Shown: piece after piece, positions 1-11,613 of the stretch
Layout: every line of letters begins with the position of its first letter
How positions within the stretch are numbered: position 1 is the stretch's first letter
Source: Dicyema japonicum
Lineage: Eukaryota; Animalia; Dicyemida
DNA: 64,000 bases
NCBI GenBank assembly: GCA_011109175.1
Contig: RDEW01000069.1
Location: 117,758-181,757 of the forward strand
Direction: 5' to 3'
Notes under the pieces: model-generated
The model's input: the letters and a program-made list of their open reading frames with translations, nothing else
What the model was told of the DNA's origin: nothing
Database searches by the model: none
Translations under genes and position numbers: made by a program

Positions 1-998
1 AGTCAAGTCCGCTAACGAAATTACGGACTTGACTTTTTTCCGCTTTGGTATAATCGCTTTGACTAAATCAATTTAAGAACTTCAAGGTAATAATAAAAAA
101 AATATTTTTTATTATAAAATGAATAAAAATTAAATTAGGGCATCTGAATGGCCATGCTATTTCCCCTAACAATAGCCAACGAGATACGTTCTCGGAACCA
201 ACTAGTCTCTCGCAGATCCTTGGTCACAGCTTGAATCATGGAGCCGATCTTACGAACCAACTCATCTGCTTGGGGGCCAAGGATTCATAATATAATAAAA
301 TTGACTTAACTTTTTTCGCTTTGGTTTAATCTTTTTGACCTTGACTTTTTTCGCTTTGGTTTAATCTTTTTGACTTAATCAATATACGGATTTTAATTCC
401 TTTGGAAAAAGAATTTCAACAAGAACAAATAAAAAACGATTGATACAAAAAAAAAACTTTTAAATATATTTCTGGATCGCCAGGACGGAAAAAAACAGTA
501 GGAGAGGCCCTAAAACCAATTGCATGGAATATTAAATATTCTTTTGATTCACATTAAATAATCCCTTGATTCACGTTAAATAAAAATCATATGTTTATTT
601 TTTTTAAAGCCTTTTCATGAGAGCCATAGTATTTTATAGCTCCGCATAGGCAGGACACACACTTTATTTAAGTAAAGAACAGTTAATTTTAACTAATCGT
701 AGAACCAAGGAATTATCTTCACTTCTTTTTTTCTTTTTCTTGTGTGAGTGTCCTTTCTAGACAATTTAGTTAAAAGTAGAAAAAATCATTTTTAGAATTT
801 ATTTCCACCACGTGTAGTTTTAGTTGTGGCGAGACATTGTAATTCATTAACATTAGCCAAAATTAACTATTTAAATAATTTGTTATTCTAAACTCGCTTA
901 CTTTAAAATGAAACGATCATGAATAAAAATCTTAATTTATAAACGGAAAAAAAGTCAAGTCCGTAATTTCGTTAACGGACTTAACTTTTTTTCCGTTT
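1..998. repeat. Pair of inverted hairpin repeats (1-43 and 941-998), foldback/MITE-like
   Basis: 941-964 aaacggaaaaaaagtcaagtccgt pairs 23/24 with 975-998 around a 10-nt loop; 1-43 is a near reverse complement of 943-985. Confidence 0.7.
134..285 (-). mobile_element. 3' remnant of a CRE-like (restriction-like endonuclease) retrotransposon
   Basis: Minus strand reads PQADELVRKIGSMIQAVTKDLRETSWFRERISLAIVRGNS, the typical RLE C-terminal RE..rislAi.RGN motif. Confidence 0.65.
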
Positions 999-1148
999 TG
1001 CGCTAAATTTCGAAAATTTATAAGGGAAAAATTTTCAAAAATGGAAAAAAAGTCAAGCGGAAAAAAAGTAAAGTATTGAAAAAATTTTTAAAAATTAAAA
1101 GATGCTAGTAGTATCACAAAAATGCGATATAAACTAAAAAAAGACAAC

Positions 1149-1212
1149 TTGACTTTTTTTCCGCTTGACTTTTTTTCCGCTTGACCTTTTTTCCCCTTGA
1201 CTTTTTTTCCGC
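1149..1212. repeat. 4 x 16-bp tandem repeat TTGACTTTTTTTCCGC
   Basis: Read directly; same motif as the hairpin arms, with related copies at about 300-375 and 1052-1075. Confidence 0.85.
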
Positions 1213-1217
1213 ACTCC

Positions 1218-3049
1218 ACTCTGGCTACCTATGCGAAAGGAAGGATCGTCAGACGAGGAGAATCCCACTTGTTGGTGGGATTCAGAAATGACGTGGACGC
1301 CTCAGCTTTTGAAGCTGAGGTGAATAAGAAGGTTCCTTTTGGGCCCGGGGCACATAACATGTCTCGGGTCATCCCCAAGGTACACGACTCGATTGTACTA
1401 GTCTTCGGAGTCCCTCTGGACTTTGTTGATGAGGATGTACTCGAGTACATCAAAAAGGACTACCCCACGGCGCACAAGATCGAGCGCTTCAAGAGTGGGA
1501 GTCAGAGACTAAGGACTCTCAAGGTCTGGATCAGGTCCGGAGCAGAAGCTGAGAGGATCTGCCTTGAGAAGTTAAAGATAGGTTACTTTAGATTTGGTGT
1601 GGCCCGAGAGCGACCGGTAGCAATCCAGTGCTACAGATGCCAGGGATTCGGCCACACCAGCTCCCGCTGCACTTATAAAGAGAAGTGCCTAAATTGCGGG
1701 GGTCCACATTCACGGAAGGCCTGTCAATCCAGAGTCAGGTCTCTCAAGTGCGTGAACTGTGGCTTGGAGGGACACAGGGCGAGCCATACCAAGTGCCCCC
1801 TGTATCAGGAGGCGACGGAGAAGGTACCACAGGGGAGAAGGCAGGCGCCCTCCTCTGGAGTGGTCAGTGATGTAAGCGCTGTCCACCGCGTGGTAAGTCG
1901 ATACTGTAGCAGCACAGGTTCAACGTTCCCTAATGCGCTTAGGGACATTGCGCTCTGCGATAGGAAGGTAAGTGCGGCGAAGTGATGTTACGCATCATTT
2001 CAGTTAATGTTAGGTCCCTCCGGAGAAGAAGGAAGGCCATCGAGGATCTTCTGGACTCTTTGGAGGTGGACATCTTGGTCCTTAACGAGACCAAGAGTAA
2101 GGATACGGCTGCTGCAGGCTTTAAAGGCTATACTAGTTGTCATCTCTTGTGGAATGACACACATAGAGGTTCGGGCACTAGTATCTATTGGAGGACGAGT
2201 CTAGCAGCAGTCGTCCAAGGTATTTCAAATTGTCCTCATTGCGAGTTAATATTATTACGAATCAGATTATCTAGCTTTAGCGTTGTTATAGGGGCAATGT
2301 ATGCCAAGCAGTTGTGGTTGTGTAAGGACCACATTAAAACTGTATTTGACATTCATCCCCATTGCGTTATTTTTGGTGATCTGAATGCTAAGCATTCAGA
2401 TTTTGGCTGTTTTGTTAATAATAGGGCTGGATCAGCACTCCGGGAATTAGCTTGGAATCTTGGGCTCTCAGTCACTACATCGACGGACCCCAATCACAAA
2501 GATACACGAGGAGGAGAGGACTTCTTGGGTATGGCCGTAGCCTCCCCTTCATTAATTGGTATGCTCTCTGTACCTCGTGTTCTTAGGGACATCGGAAGCG
2601 ATCACCGTCCCCTACTCACCGAGCTTCACGAACCTGTTCGACCTCAGGCCCCAATTGGCTATGACTTGGGCTCTGGCACTTGGGATAACCTGGAGTCGTT
2701 CATGGATAGAAAACTCCCTTCTCTCAAAGGGCAAGTTTGTAGTGAAGCGGACGTGGAGGAATTGGATGCCACCCTGGGTGGTATCCTCGAGGAATACATG
2801 CGGACTAACTTCCGGTTACGTCCGCAAGGTGGAGGCTCCGCACGAATTCCAGGCCTGATTTTAAGTAAGATAACACTTAGAAAGAGGTACCTGCGGTTCA
2901 AAGCGAGGAGCACGTATGAAGAGAACCGGATCTTCTACCAGAAGAAGGTAACACCTTACGAAGGGAAATCCGGAAGGCGCTCGTCGACTATCAGAGCAAC
3001 AAATGGAGGAGGGCCTGCGAGAGGGTGAACCCCGCATGGCCGGACTTCT
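1218..3049 (+). mobile_element. Family A LINE fragment truncated at both ends (ORF1 3' half with CCHC knuckles; ORF2 APE domain)
   Basis: Near-identical to about 25597-27429; ends abruptly at ggacttct and joins the histone H3-H2A spacer. Confidence 0.93.
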
Positions 3050-4233
3050 AAGATAATCCAATCCTTTTCGCCTAATTGAAAATGTTTTTCGAGACGCAAT
3101 GTCGTTTTAAATTGTTAATTCACGGGAATTTCTAATCATATGCAGTTTCTATCAACTAGCTAAAAATACCTTTAGCCCATAAAACCCAACTTTAATGTAA
3201 CAAACTAACCAAATAAATCTCAAGTACAAAAATAAGACAAATTTTTAATTTTGACACTGTTTAAAAAACAAAAAAACTATATCATTTTCTTTTAATGTAA
3301 CAAATTTTTAATTTTTGACACTGTTTAAAAAACAAAAAAACTATTTCAATTTGATTTTAATATAAAAAATTAAATAAATCGCTGTCGAAAAAATTGGGGT
3401 CAAAAATCCAGGTTTTTGCGGCTGATTGAACTCAAACCAAGTTCATTCAACGCGTCTTGCTTTTGCGCGTTAAAATATGAAATCAGATTGAAAATTGGAC
3501 GCACGTGGGCGGAGATTTGATAATTGATTATTTTTTAGTTTTTAGAAATTAAATTTGTCTATTATTCTTGTTTATGTAAGCCTTGTTAACCTTTAACTAA
3601 ATTATTTATTTTTTTGATTACCTAAATGCTACATTCTAAGATAGTTCTAGATATTGACTTAGTCAGCTAGGCTTACAGTTGGTTAGTAATAATGTAACTT
3701 TTTTTTCAAAATAACTCTTGTAAGTGACTGATTATTGTATTTAAGAGACTGAATCGGTATATAGAGGGGAGCAACTTTCTACGACCTAATCAATTTGGAT
3801 TCCGTCCGGGAAGATCATGTGGAGATTGTATCCACTCACTAAACTACGAAATTATAAATACATTGGAGAAGAAATTGATTTGTCTAATTAAATTTGTCTA
3901 CTATTCTTGTTTATGTAAGTCTTGTTATCCTTTAACTAAATTAATTTAGTTTTTTGATTATCCAATTGCAAATCCATTCCAAGATAGTTCTTGACTTGTC
4001 AGCTAGGGTTACAATAGGTTAGTAATAACCTAACTTTTTTCATGATAACTTTTGTAAGTAATTAAGATTTAATTATATCAATAGGGTTTTACTCCTTTGG
4101 AGTAATTTTCCGATAGATATCTTGACAAAATAAAGGCAGATGTCTTAATACTAAGGGATCAAATGGATTTTCTGGTTAGCAAGTACTATAGTTATAAAAG
4201 TCAATTAAAGTAAAGGTTTATTTAATAAAATTG

Positions 4234-4596
4234 TTAAGTGGATGCAGGTTTTGCGGGTTCAGCACTTTTGCGACAGATGTATCTTCCACAAGAGATTATT
4301 GCATTTTGTGTAAGTTCTTTTAATTCGTCATCGGCATTGATTGCGACAGACAGGTGACAAGGTTTGATCCTTCGCTTTGCAGCCTTGAGTGCAGTATTAC
4401 CACAAAGTTCCAGCACTTCAGCACATAGATACTCCATTACAGCTCCAACATAGATAGCAGCACCAACTGCAACTCGCATTCTGGTCTCACTTCTCAAGCA
4501 TCTATGAATTCGACCAACTGGAAATTGCAAGCCTGCTCTAACTGATTTGCTTTTCGCTTTTGTACGTACTTTTCCACCTTTACCGCGAGTAGACAT
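4234..4596 (-). CDS. H2A: Divergent histone H2A, 120 aa
   Basis: SKSVRAGLQFPVGRIHR...EYLCAEVLELCGN...ADDEL histone-fold motifs. Confidence 0.95.
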   Translation of the reverse strand: MSTRGKGGKVRTKAKSKSVRAGLQFPVGRIHRCLRSETRMRVAVGAAIYVGAVMEYLCAEVLELCGNTALKAAKRRIKPCHLSVAINADDELKELTQNAIISCGRYICRKSAEPAKPAST

Positions 4597-4609
4597 TTTA
4601 TTGAAAATT

Positions 4610-7382
4610 CAAATCAAATCAAATCAAATTTATTCCAAAGTAAGTAAGGAGTCAATTAAAGGGATTTTAACGTGTCCGCCTTTGCGGCCTGGACACTTCA
4701 CACGTATCCCATCTCCATTGTAGTCGTCCATTTAGTACGTATTGAGAAGCTGGTTTCCCAACCTTACTTCGATATCTATTTTACCGGCCTGACAAGGCTA
4801 TTCTCTTCCTCGGAGAGGCTTTCATGTAATTTCCTCCCCAGAGATATTTTTATCGCCGCTCGCCTTGTTTTCTCCAGGCGAGCGAGAATCCTTTCTCTCG
4901 AGGGAGTATAATACCATCCCTCGCATCCATATATCAGTCTTGGGAGAATCACAGTTTGGAAGATATAGAGCATTGTATCGGCGTCCAGCATAAGTTTTCT
5001 GGAGCAGAACATCGCTTGAACGGCCTTCTTTCTCCGCTCCTCGATGTCCTTCCGGTACGATCCTCTTCCATCCACTGCAATCCCCAGGTATTTCAGGCTA
5101 GAGACTCTCGGTATCCGTAGCGTATACATCTCTCTCTGGTGTCGATCCAGCCTGCATATTCGCAAGTAACTGGATTTTTCTGTGGATAGTTTCATCCCTC
5201 TCCTATCGCACCATGTCCGAACTCTGTCGACAAAAGCCCCGATTCGTCGCTCAGAGATGTAGGCCTTCAGAGATGAGTCTAGGATTAAGATGTCATCCGC
5301 ATAAATCATCAGCTTGGTCCTAACGTTTTGTGGAGAAGGAAAATCTTCCATAAATACGTTGAATAATAGAGGGCTTAGAATAGACCCTGCGGCACTCCCT
5401 TTTAAACAATATATCTTCGGAATATCTTCCACCAACCACCACGTTTGATATTCCTCCCAGTCAACAGGTTCTTCAGCCATAGGAACATTTGTCTTGAATT
5501 TTTGATCGAACCAGTTGACAGAATAGGCCTCGTGCCATACACTGTCGAAAGCCTTAGATGTCAAGGCAGACAAGGCTCAACTGGCTCCTCTTCTCAAAAG
5601 CATTTGCAATCTCATAGTTTAGAGAGTAATGCAATTACCACACGATCTCCCTGGCCGAAAACCCCATTGGTAACACTGTAGAAAATTAATATTTTCTATG
5701 TACTGGTTCAATTTCTTGAAAATAATCCGTTCCATAATCTTCGATGTAGAACAGATAAGGCTTATAGGCCTATAACTAAGAGGATCTTTCCTCGACTTTC
5801 CAGGTTTAGGAATCATCTTTACAATTGAGTGCTTCCATAGTGAAGGGGAATGTCCGAGCTTGAAACTTGCGTTATACATCTTTTGTAGAACAGACAGAAA
5901 TTCATCGGATCCTTCTTTAAACATAGTCATCGGAATGCTATCAAAACCAGGAGCCTTGTTTTTGCACTCCCGTATAGCAGTCTTGACTTCTGCCAATGTG
6001 ATTTCCTCTACCATACTATTCAGATCGTCTATGGAGTAATCCATAGAGCTAGATATATCTTCTGAGAATTTTTCGGATATAATACTGACTGGGTCTACTC
6101 CCTGTATGTTTTCTAATTGTTTCCTGAATACTGACGGTACTCTGTCCAGGGGAATTGTTCTTCCATCTTGATCCGCCAGTACAATGTTCTTTGCTCTCAT
6201 GTTTTTGTTAGTCAGTCTGGAGTACAATTTCCACAAGCAAGGATTCTTAAGTGCACTTTCAAGGCTGCTTTCCTAACTTGGTTTTCTGAATACTACTTCC
6301 AAGCTCTCTGTAGAACTTTTTGGATAGCATCAATATTATTTTTCAAAGTTATACTGTCCCACATGTCCACACATCGTCTGTGCTTCGCCTTCAGAGTATT
6401 CCTCTCGCGAATAAGTCCCGAATAGAAGGAGGGCAGGACTGATTCGTTTTCGGAAGGATTTTTGAGTAAATCTTCTTTGCATATAATCGCAGATACATCG
6501 TAATAGTATTGGATAAATCTTGGTTGAAAGAATCCAACTCATTATGTGTAGAAAAGGAATAATTAATCTTCATTAACATACTCTTCGATAAATAATGACG
6601 ATAATGTTCCCAGTCTACCGACGAGGTATCATAATACAGAAAAATGTCTTCAATAATATCCGGTTCAAGATTTATAGTCATCTCCATAGGGATATGGTCA
6701 CTCCCTATATCCCAGAGTAACCTTGGCCTGTTTACATGGTCTAGTAGTTGTGGAGATACTAAGGCCAATCCCAGCATATCACCCCCGTAGTATGAGAAAT
6801 GGTTAGGTTCTTCGGTCGTTAAGACTTCGACTCCAATTTCCCCGACCAAATCTGCTAGTAGTTGACCGTCCCTGTTGTTTCCATAACATCCATAGGTCCT
6901 GTTCTTGGCGTTCAAATATCCCACCAGGATCGACATTGGGTTTCTTTCGAAGAACTCGACAATTTTCACAGAGGACCAGGCCAAGTCCTTAGAATATAGC
7001 CCTCCCACGGTTATCCACGTTCCACCACATTGCACGTCGACAGACACGAATTCCGAATCGTCGGCCGATATAATGCAGTCGTTTCGAGTTTGCAATAGTT
7101 TATGAAAGAAGATTGAGGTTCCTGTTCCAGCAACTGCTCCATCTTTCCATGGAATGTCCACTGAGTCATATCCTTCCAGAATATAATGCCTTCCTTCTCG
7201 AATCTTCGTCTCGTTGACTACCAAGACATCTGCCTTGGCAGTCCTCATAAGTAGTGCTAGTTCATCATGCCTTTTCACCAAGGAGCGAGCATTCACCAGC
7301 ACTAACTTTAGGATTCTTTTCAGATTTCTTTTTGGTGGCCCGGGCTCTCCATGGCCAGGTCCACCATTTCCCGTAAATCCAC
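4610..7382 (-). mobile_element. Family B LINE (APE-RT), 5'-truncated and frameshifted, with (TTTGA)n tail, inserted 13 nt upstream of the H2A ATG
   Basis: APE motifs VLVNARSL, VNETK, YLNAKN, SDH; RT motifs KAPGFDSI, YRPISL, GSILSPLLFN, YADD, YLG; AATAAA then (tttga)4 at the 3' end. Confidence 0.93.
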
Positions 7383-7498
7383 TCCGGAAAAAAACTTTTA
7401 GAATTAGCATAAGAAAATCAATACTTTCTAAAGTTTATTCTGGAAGCACAATTTGAAAACATAAGTACGAAAAAATTCAAAATTTTCGATTTCAGAAA

Positions 7499-7866
7499 AT
7501 GGTTCAAAAAGTGAGTACTAAAGGATCTAAACGGGCGGCAGTTAAAGTTAGCAGCACCACACGTGCCTTACGAAAAAAGAAAAAGCGATCCCAAACTATC
7601 ATTTGTACATTCTGAGGATTTTGAAATCTGTCCACACTGATTTGGGGATGTCAAAGAAAGCTATGATGGCTATGGACAGCTTTACTTTTGACATTTACGA
7701 AAAAATCAAGAACGAAGCTTGCATCTAGTCCAGCATAATAGCAAAGCTACTATCACATCGAGAGAAATTCAAACAGCAGTACGCTTGATTTTGCCTGGAG
7801 GAATTAGCAAAGCATGCTATTACCGAAGGGGCAAAGGCGGTCACCAAATATACCAATACTAAGTGA
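7499..7866 (+). CDS. H2B: Histone H2B with single-base indels (probable sequencing errors)
   Basis: Aligns to the intact H2B at 10981-11349; net 1 nt short. Confidence 0.85.
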
Positions 7867-8164
7867 TTTTTTACTTGATATAATAAAGAAAACTTGTTTT
7901 CTAACTATTTTTTTCCTTACATAAAAATAGCCCACGTGTCATAATCTTAACAAAAGAATGTTTTTTATTAATTTTAACGCAATAAGAACGTTTTTTATTA
8001 ATTTTAACGCTATTTAAAAAGTCCGTTTTAGTGTGGTTTTCCAATTTTCACTTTAATTATCGATTTGTGCTTCCGTGAAAAACTTTTAATATTATCGATT
8101 TGTGCTTCGGCGAAAAAGTTTTTGCGTCGTCAATTTATAAACGCCAAATTTGGAGCGCAAAGCA

Positions 8165-8473
8165 ATGTCTGGACGTGGGAAAGGTGGAAAAGGAGGAAAG
8201 TCAGGTGCAAAGCGATTCAAAAAGATCCTGATCGATAACATTCAGGGGATCACAAAGCCTGCAATTAGGAGACTGTGTCGTAGAGGAGGTGTGAGAAGGA
8301 TCTCAGGAAAAATTTATGAGGAGACAAGATGTGTCCTCAGGATCTTTATTGAGAGAACTATAAGAGATTGCATTTCCTATTGTGAACACGCTAAAAGAAA
8401 AACTGTGATTGCTATGGATGTGGTCTATGCCTTGAAGAGACAAGGGAGAACAATATATGGATTTGGTGGATGA
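8165..8473 (+). CDS. H4: Divergent histone H4, 102 aa
   Basis: [10 protein letters not shown]...[14 protein letters not shown]...[15 protein letters not shown]. Confidence 0.97.
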   Translation: MSGRGKGGKGGKSGAKRFKKILIDNIQGITKPAIRRLCRRGGVRRISGKIYEETRCVLRIFIERTIRDCISYCEHAKRKTVIAMDVVYALKRQGRTIYGFGG

Positions 8474-8852
8474 CATATCTTTTTAATAAAAAAATAAATT
8501 TTTATCTATATTAAATTCTGAGATATAAATTAAGTCGTTTTAGGTTTACAAGAAGCATTTCTGTAAATAGTGTTTTTTATGAATTCTAATCACACAGTGG
8601 TAATTTTAAAATTTTGTAAAATAGCTTTTTTCACTTTGATGTGGTAAAATTTTGCTTAAAATAATGCTTTGATAATTTAAAAAAAATTGTGTTTTGATAA
8701 TTTTCCAAATTGTGCTTCCGGAAAAAAATTAGTTGCTCTCTCGTATTGTTGCAAAATTGCGTGTGCTTCCGCGAAAAATTTAAGCGTACGTTAGTATTAA
8801 TACATCGCAAAAAAATCGATAATTTTCATTATCATTCATTCATCGATAAATA

Positions 8853-9263
8853 ATGGCACGAACAAAACAAACTGCTAGAAAATCAACTGGAGCAAAAGTT
8901 CCAAGGAAACAGCTTTCTGCTAAATCTGCACGCAAGTCAGTTTCTCAATTGGGTGGTGTAAAGAAGCCACATCGCTTTCGTCCTGGTGTCGTGGCAATGA
9001 GGGAGATCAGAAGATATCAAAAGAGTACTGACCTTCTATTGCGAAAGACACCGTTCCAAAGGGTTGTTAGAGAAGCAGCACAATTTATGAAGACAGATTT
9101 ACGTTTCCAATCATCGGCCATTGTTGCTCTTCAGGAGGCTGCAGAGACTTATTTGGTCGGGATTTTTGAGGATAGTAATTTGTGTGCAATACATGGAAAA
9201 CGAGTAACAATAATGCCACAGGATATGCACCTAGCAAGGAGAATTCGTGGTGAAAAAACATAA
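8853..9263 (+). CDS. H3: Divergent histone H3, 136 aa
   Basis: [13 protein letters not shown]...KKPHRFRPG...[12 protein letters not shown]. Confidence 0.97.
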   Translation: MARTKQTARKSTGAKVPRKQLSAKSARKSVSQLGGVKKPHRFRPGVVAMREIRRYQKSTDLLLRKTPFQRVVREAAQFMKTDLRFQSSAIVALQEAAETYLVGIFEDSNLCAIHGKRVTIMPQDMHLARRIRGEKT

Positions 9264-10451
9264 CTTTTCGATAAATCAAATAAATATAATTTGTCTCTTT
9301 TTTTTAAATTAACCTAATCCCGACAAAATTTAGGAAAAAGTAAGATAATCCAATCCTTTCGCCTAATTGATAATGTTTTTCGAGACGCAATGTCGTTTTA
9401 AATTGTTAATTCACGGGAATTTCTAATCATACGCAGTTTCTATCAACTAGCTAAAAATAGCCTATATAAAACCCAATGTAACAAACTAACCATATCAAAT
9501 CTCCCTTTAATTACATAAATAAGACAAATTTTTAATTTTGACACTGTTAAAAAAACAAAAAACTATTTCAATTTGATTTTAATATAAAAAATTAAATTAA
9601 TCGCTGTCGAAAAATTGGGGTCAAAAATCCAGGGTTTTGCGGCTGTTTGATCTCAAACCAAGTTCTTTCCACGCGTCTTGCTTTTACGCGTTAAAATATG
9701 AAATCAGATTGAAAATTGGACGCACGTGTGCGGAGATTTGATAATTGATTATTTTTTAGTTTTTAGAAATTAAATTTGTCTATTATTCTTGTTTATGTAA
9801 GCCTTGTTAACCTTTAACTAAATTAATTTATTTTTTTGATTATCCAATTGCTACATTCTAAGATAGTTCTAGATATTGACTTAGTCAGCTAGGCTTACAG
9901 TTGGTTAGTAATAATGTAACTTTTTTCAAAATAACTTTTGTAAGTGACTGATTATTGTATTTAGGAGACTGAATCGGTATATAGATTGGAGCAACTTTCT
10001 ACGACCTAATCAATTTGGATTCCGTCCGGGAAGATCATGTGGAGATTGTATCCAATCACTAAACTACGAAATTATAAATACATTGGAGAAGAAATTGATT
10101 TGTCTAATTAAATTTGTCTACTATTCTTGTTTATGTAAGTCTTGTTATTCTTTAACTAAATTAATTTATTTTTTTTCATTATCCAATTGCTACAAGATAG
10201 TTCTAGATATTGACTTGTCAGCTAGGGTTACAGTTGGTTAGTAATAATGTAACTTTTTGCAAGATAACTTTTGTAAGTAATTAAGTTTCAATTTTATCAA
10301 TAGGGTTTTACTCCTTTGGAGTAATTTTCCGATAGATATCTTGACAAAATGAAGGCAGATGTCTTATTACTTAGGGATCAAATAGATTTCTGGCTAGCAA
10401 GTACTATAGTGATAAGAGTCAATTAAAGTAAAGGTTTATTTAATAAAATTG

Positions 10452-10814
10452 TTAAGTGGATGCAGGTTTTGCGGGTTCAGCACTTTTGCGACAGATGTAT
10501 CTTCCGCAAGAGATTATTGCATTTTGGGTAAGTTCTTTTAATTCGTCATCGGCATTGATTGCGACAGACAGGTGACAAGGTTTGATCCTTCGCTTTGCAG
10601 CCTTGAGTGCAGTATTACCACAAAGTTCCAGCACTTCAGCACATAGATACTCCATTACAGCTCCAACGTAGATGGCAGCACCAACTGCAACTCGCATTCT
10701 GGTCTCACTTCTCAAGCATCTATGAATTCGACCAACTGGAAATTGCAAGCCTGCTCTAACTGATTTGCTTTTCGCTTTTGTACGTACTTTTCCACCTTTA
10801 CCGCGAGTAGACAT
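10452..10814 (-). CDS. H2A: Histone H2A
   Basis: Same protein as 4234-4596; start taken at MSTRG. Confidence 0.95.
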   Translation of the reverse strand: MSTRGKGGKVRTKAKSKSVRAGLQFPVGRIHRCLRSETRMRVAVGAAIYVGAVMEYLCAEVLELCGNTALKAAKRRIKPCHLSVAINADDELKELTQNAIISCGRYICRKSAEPAKPAST

Positions 10815-10843
10815 TTTATTGAAAATTTTCAATTTTTTCGTAC

Positions 10844-10962
10844 TTATGTTTTTAAATTGTGCTTCCGGAAAAAACTTTTAGAATTAGCATAAGAAAATCA
10901 ATACTTTCTAAAGTTTATTCTGGAAGCACAATTTGAAAACATAAGTACGAAAAAATTCAAAA
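10844..10962. promoter_or_regulatory. Divergent H2A/H2B promoter built from a ~50-bp inverted repeat (example unit; full span about 10830-10962)
   Basis: H2A-side reverse complement aaagttttttccggaagcacaatttaaaaacataagtacgaaaaaatt versus H2B-side aaagtttattctggaagcacaatttgaaaacataagtacgaaaaaatt. Confidence 0.7.
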
Positions 10963-10980
10963 ATTTCGATTCTCGGCTAA

Positions 10981-11349
10981 ATGGTTCAAAAAGTGAGTAC
11001 TAAAGGATCTAAACGGGCGGCGGTTAAAGTTAGTACCACAACACGTGCCTTACGAAAAAAGAAAAAGCGATCCCAAAACTATCATTTGTACATTCTCAGG
11101 ATTTTGAAATCTGTCCACACTGATTTGGGGATGTCAAAGAAAGCTATGATGGCTATGGACAGCTTTACTTTTGACATTTACGAAAAAATCAAGAACGAAG
11201 CTTGCAATTTAGTTCAGCATAATAGCAAAGCTACTATCACATCGAGAGAAATTCAAACAGCAGTACGCTTGATTTTGCCTGGAGAATTGGCAAAGCATGC
11301 TATTACCGAAGGGGCAAAGGCGGTCACCAAGTATACCAATACTAAGTGA
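10981..11349 (+). CDS. H2B: Divergent histone H2B, 122 aa
   Basis: [20 protein letters not shown]...[23 protein letters not shown]. Confidence 0.97.
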   Translation: MVQKVSTKGSKRAAVKVSTTTRALRKKKKRSQNYHLYILRILKSVHTDLGMSKKAMMAMDSFTFDIYEKIKNEACNLVQHNSKATITSREIQTAVRLILPGELAKHAITEGAKAVTKYTNTK

Positions 11350-11613
11350 TTTTTACTTGATATAATAAAGAAAACTTGTTTTCTAACCATTTTTTTCTTA
11401 CATAAAAATAGCCCACGTGTCATAATCTTAACAAAAGAACGTTTTTTATTAATTTTAACGCTATTTAAAAAGTCCGTTTTAGTGTGTTTTCCAATTTTCA
11501 CTTTAATATCGATTTGTGCTTCCGTGAAAAACTTTTAATATTATCGATTTGTGCTTCGGCGAAAAAGTTTTTGCGTCGTCAATTTATAAACGCCAAATTT
11601 GGAGCGCAAAGCA

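Noticed and set aside
3546-3910. AATTTGTCTA motifs in the spacer as a U7 snRNA Sm site
   Set aside because: No downstream GC hairpin, several copies in AT-rich repeat DNA, and no histone stem-loops for U7 to act on
7485-7498. TTTCAG before H2B as a trans-splice acceptor that would rescue downstream histone genes
   Set aside because: No equivalent AG in the H3 or H2A leaders and the site varies between units
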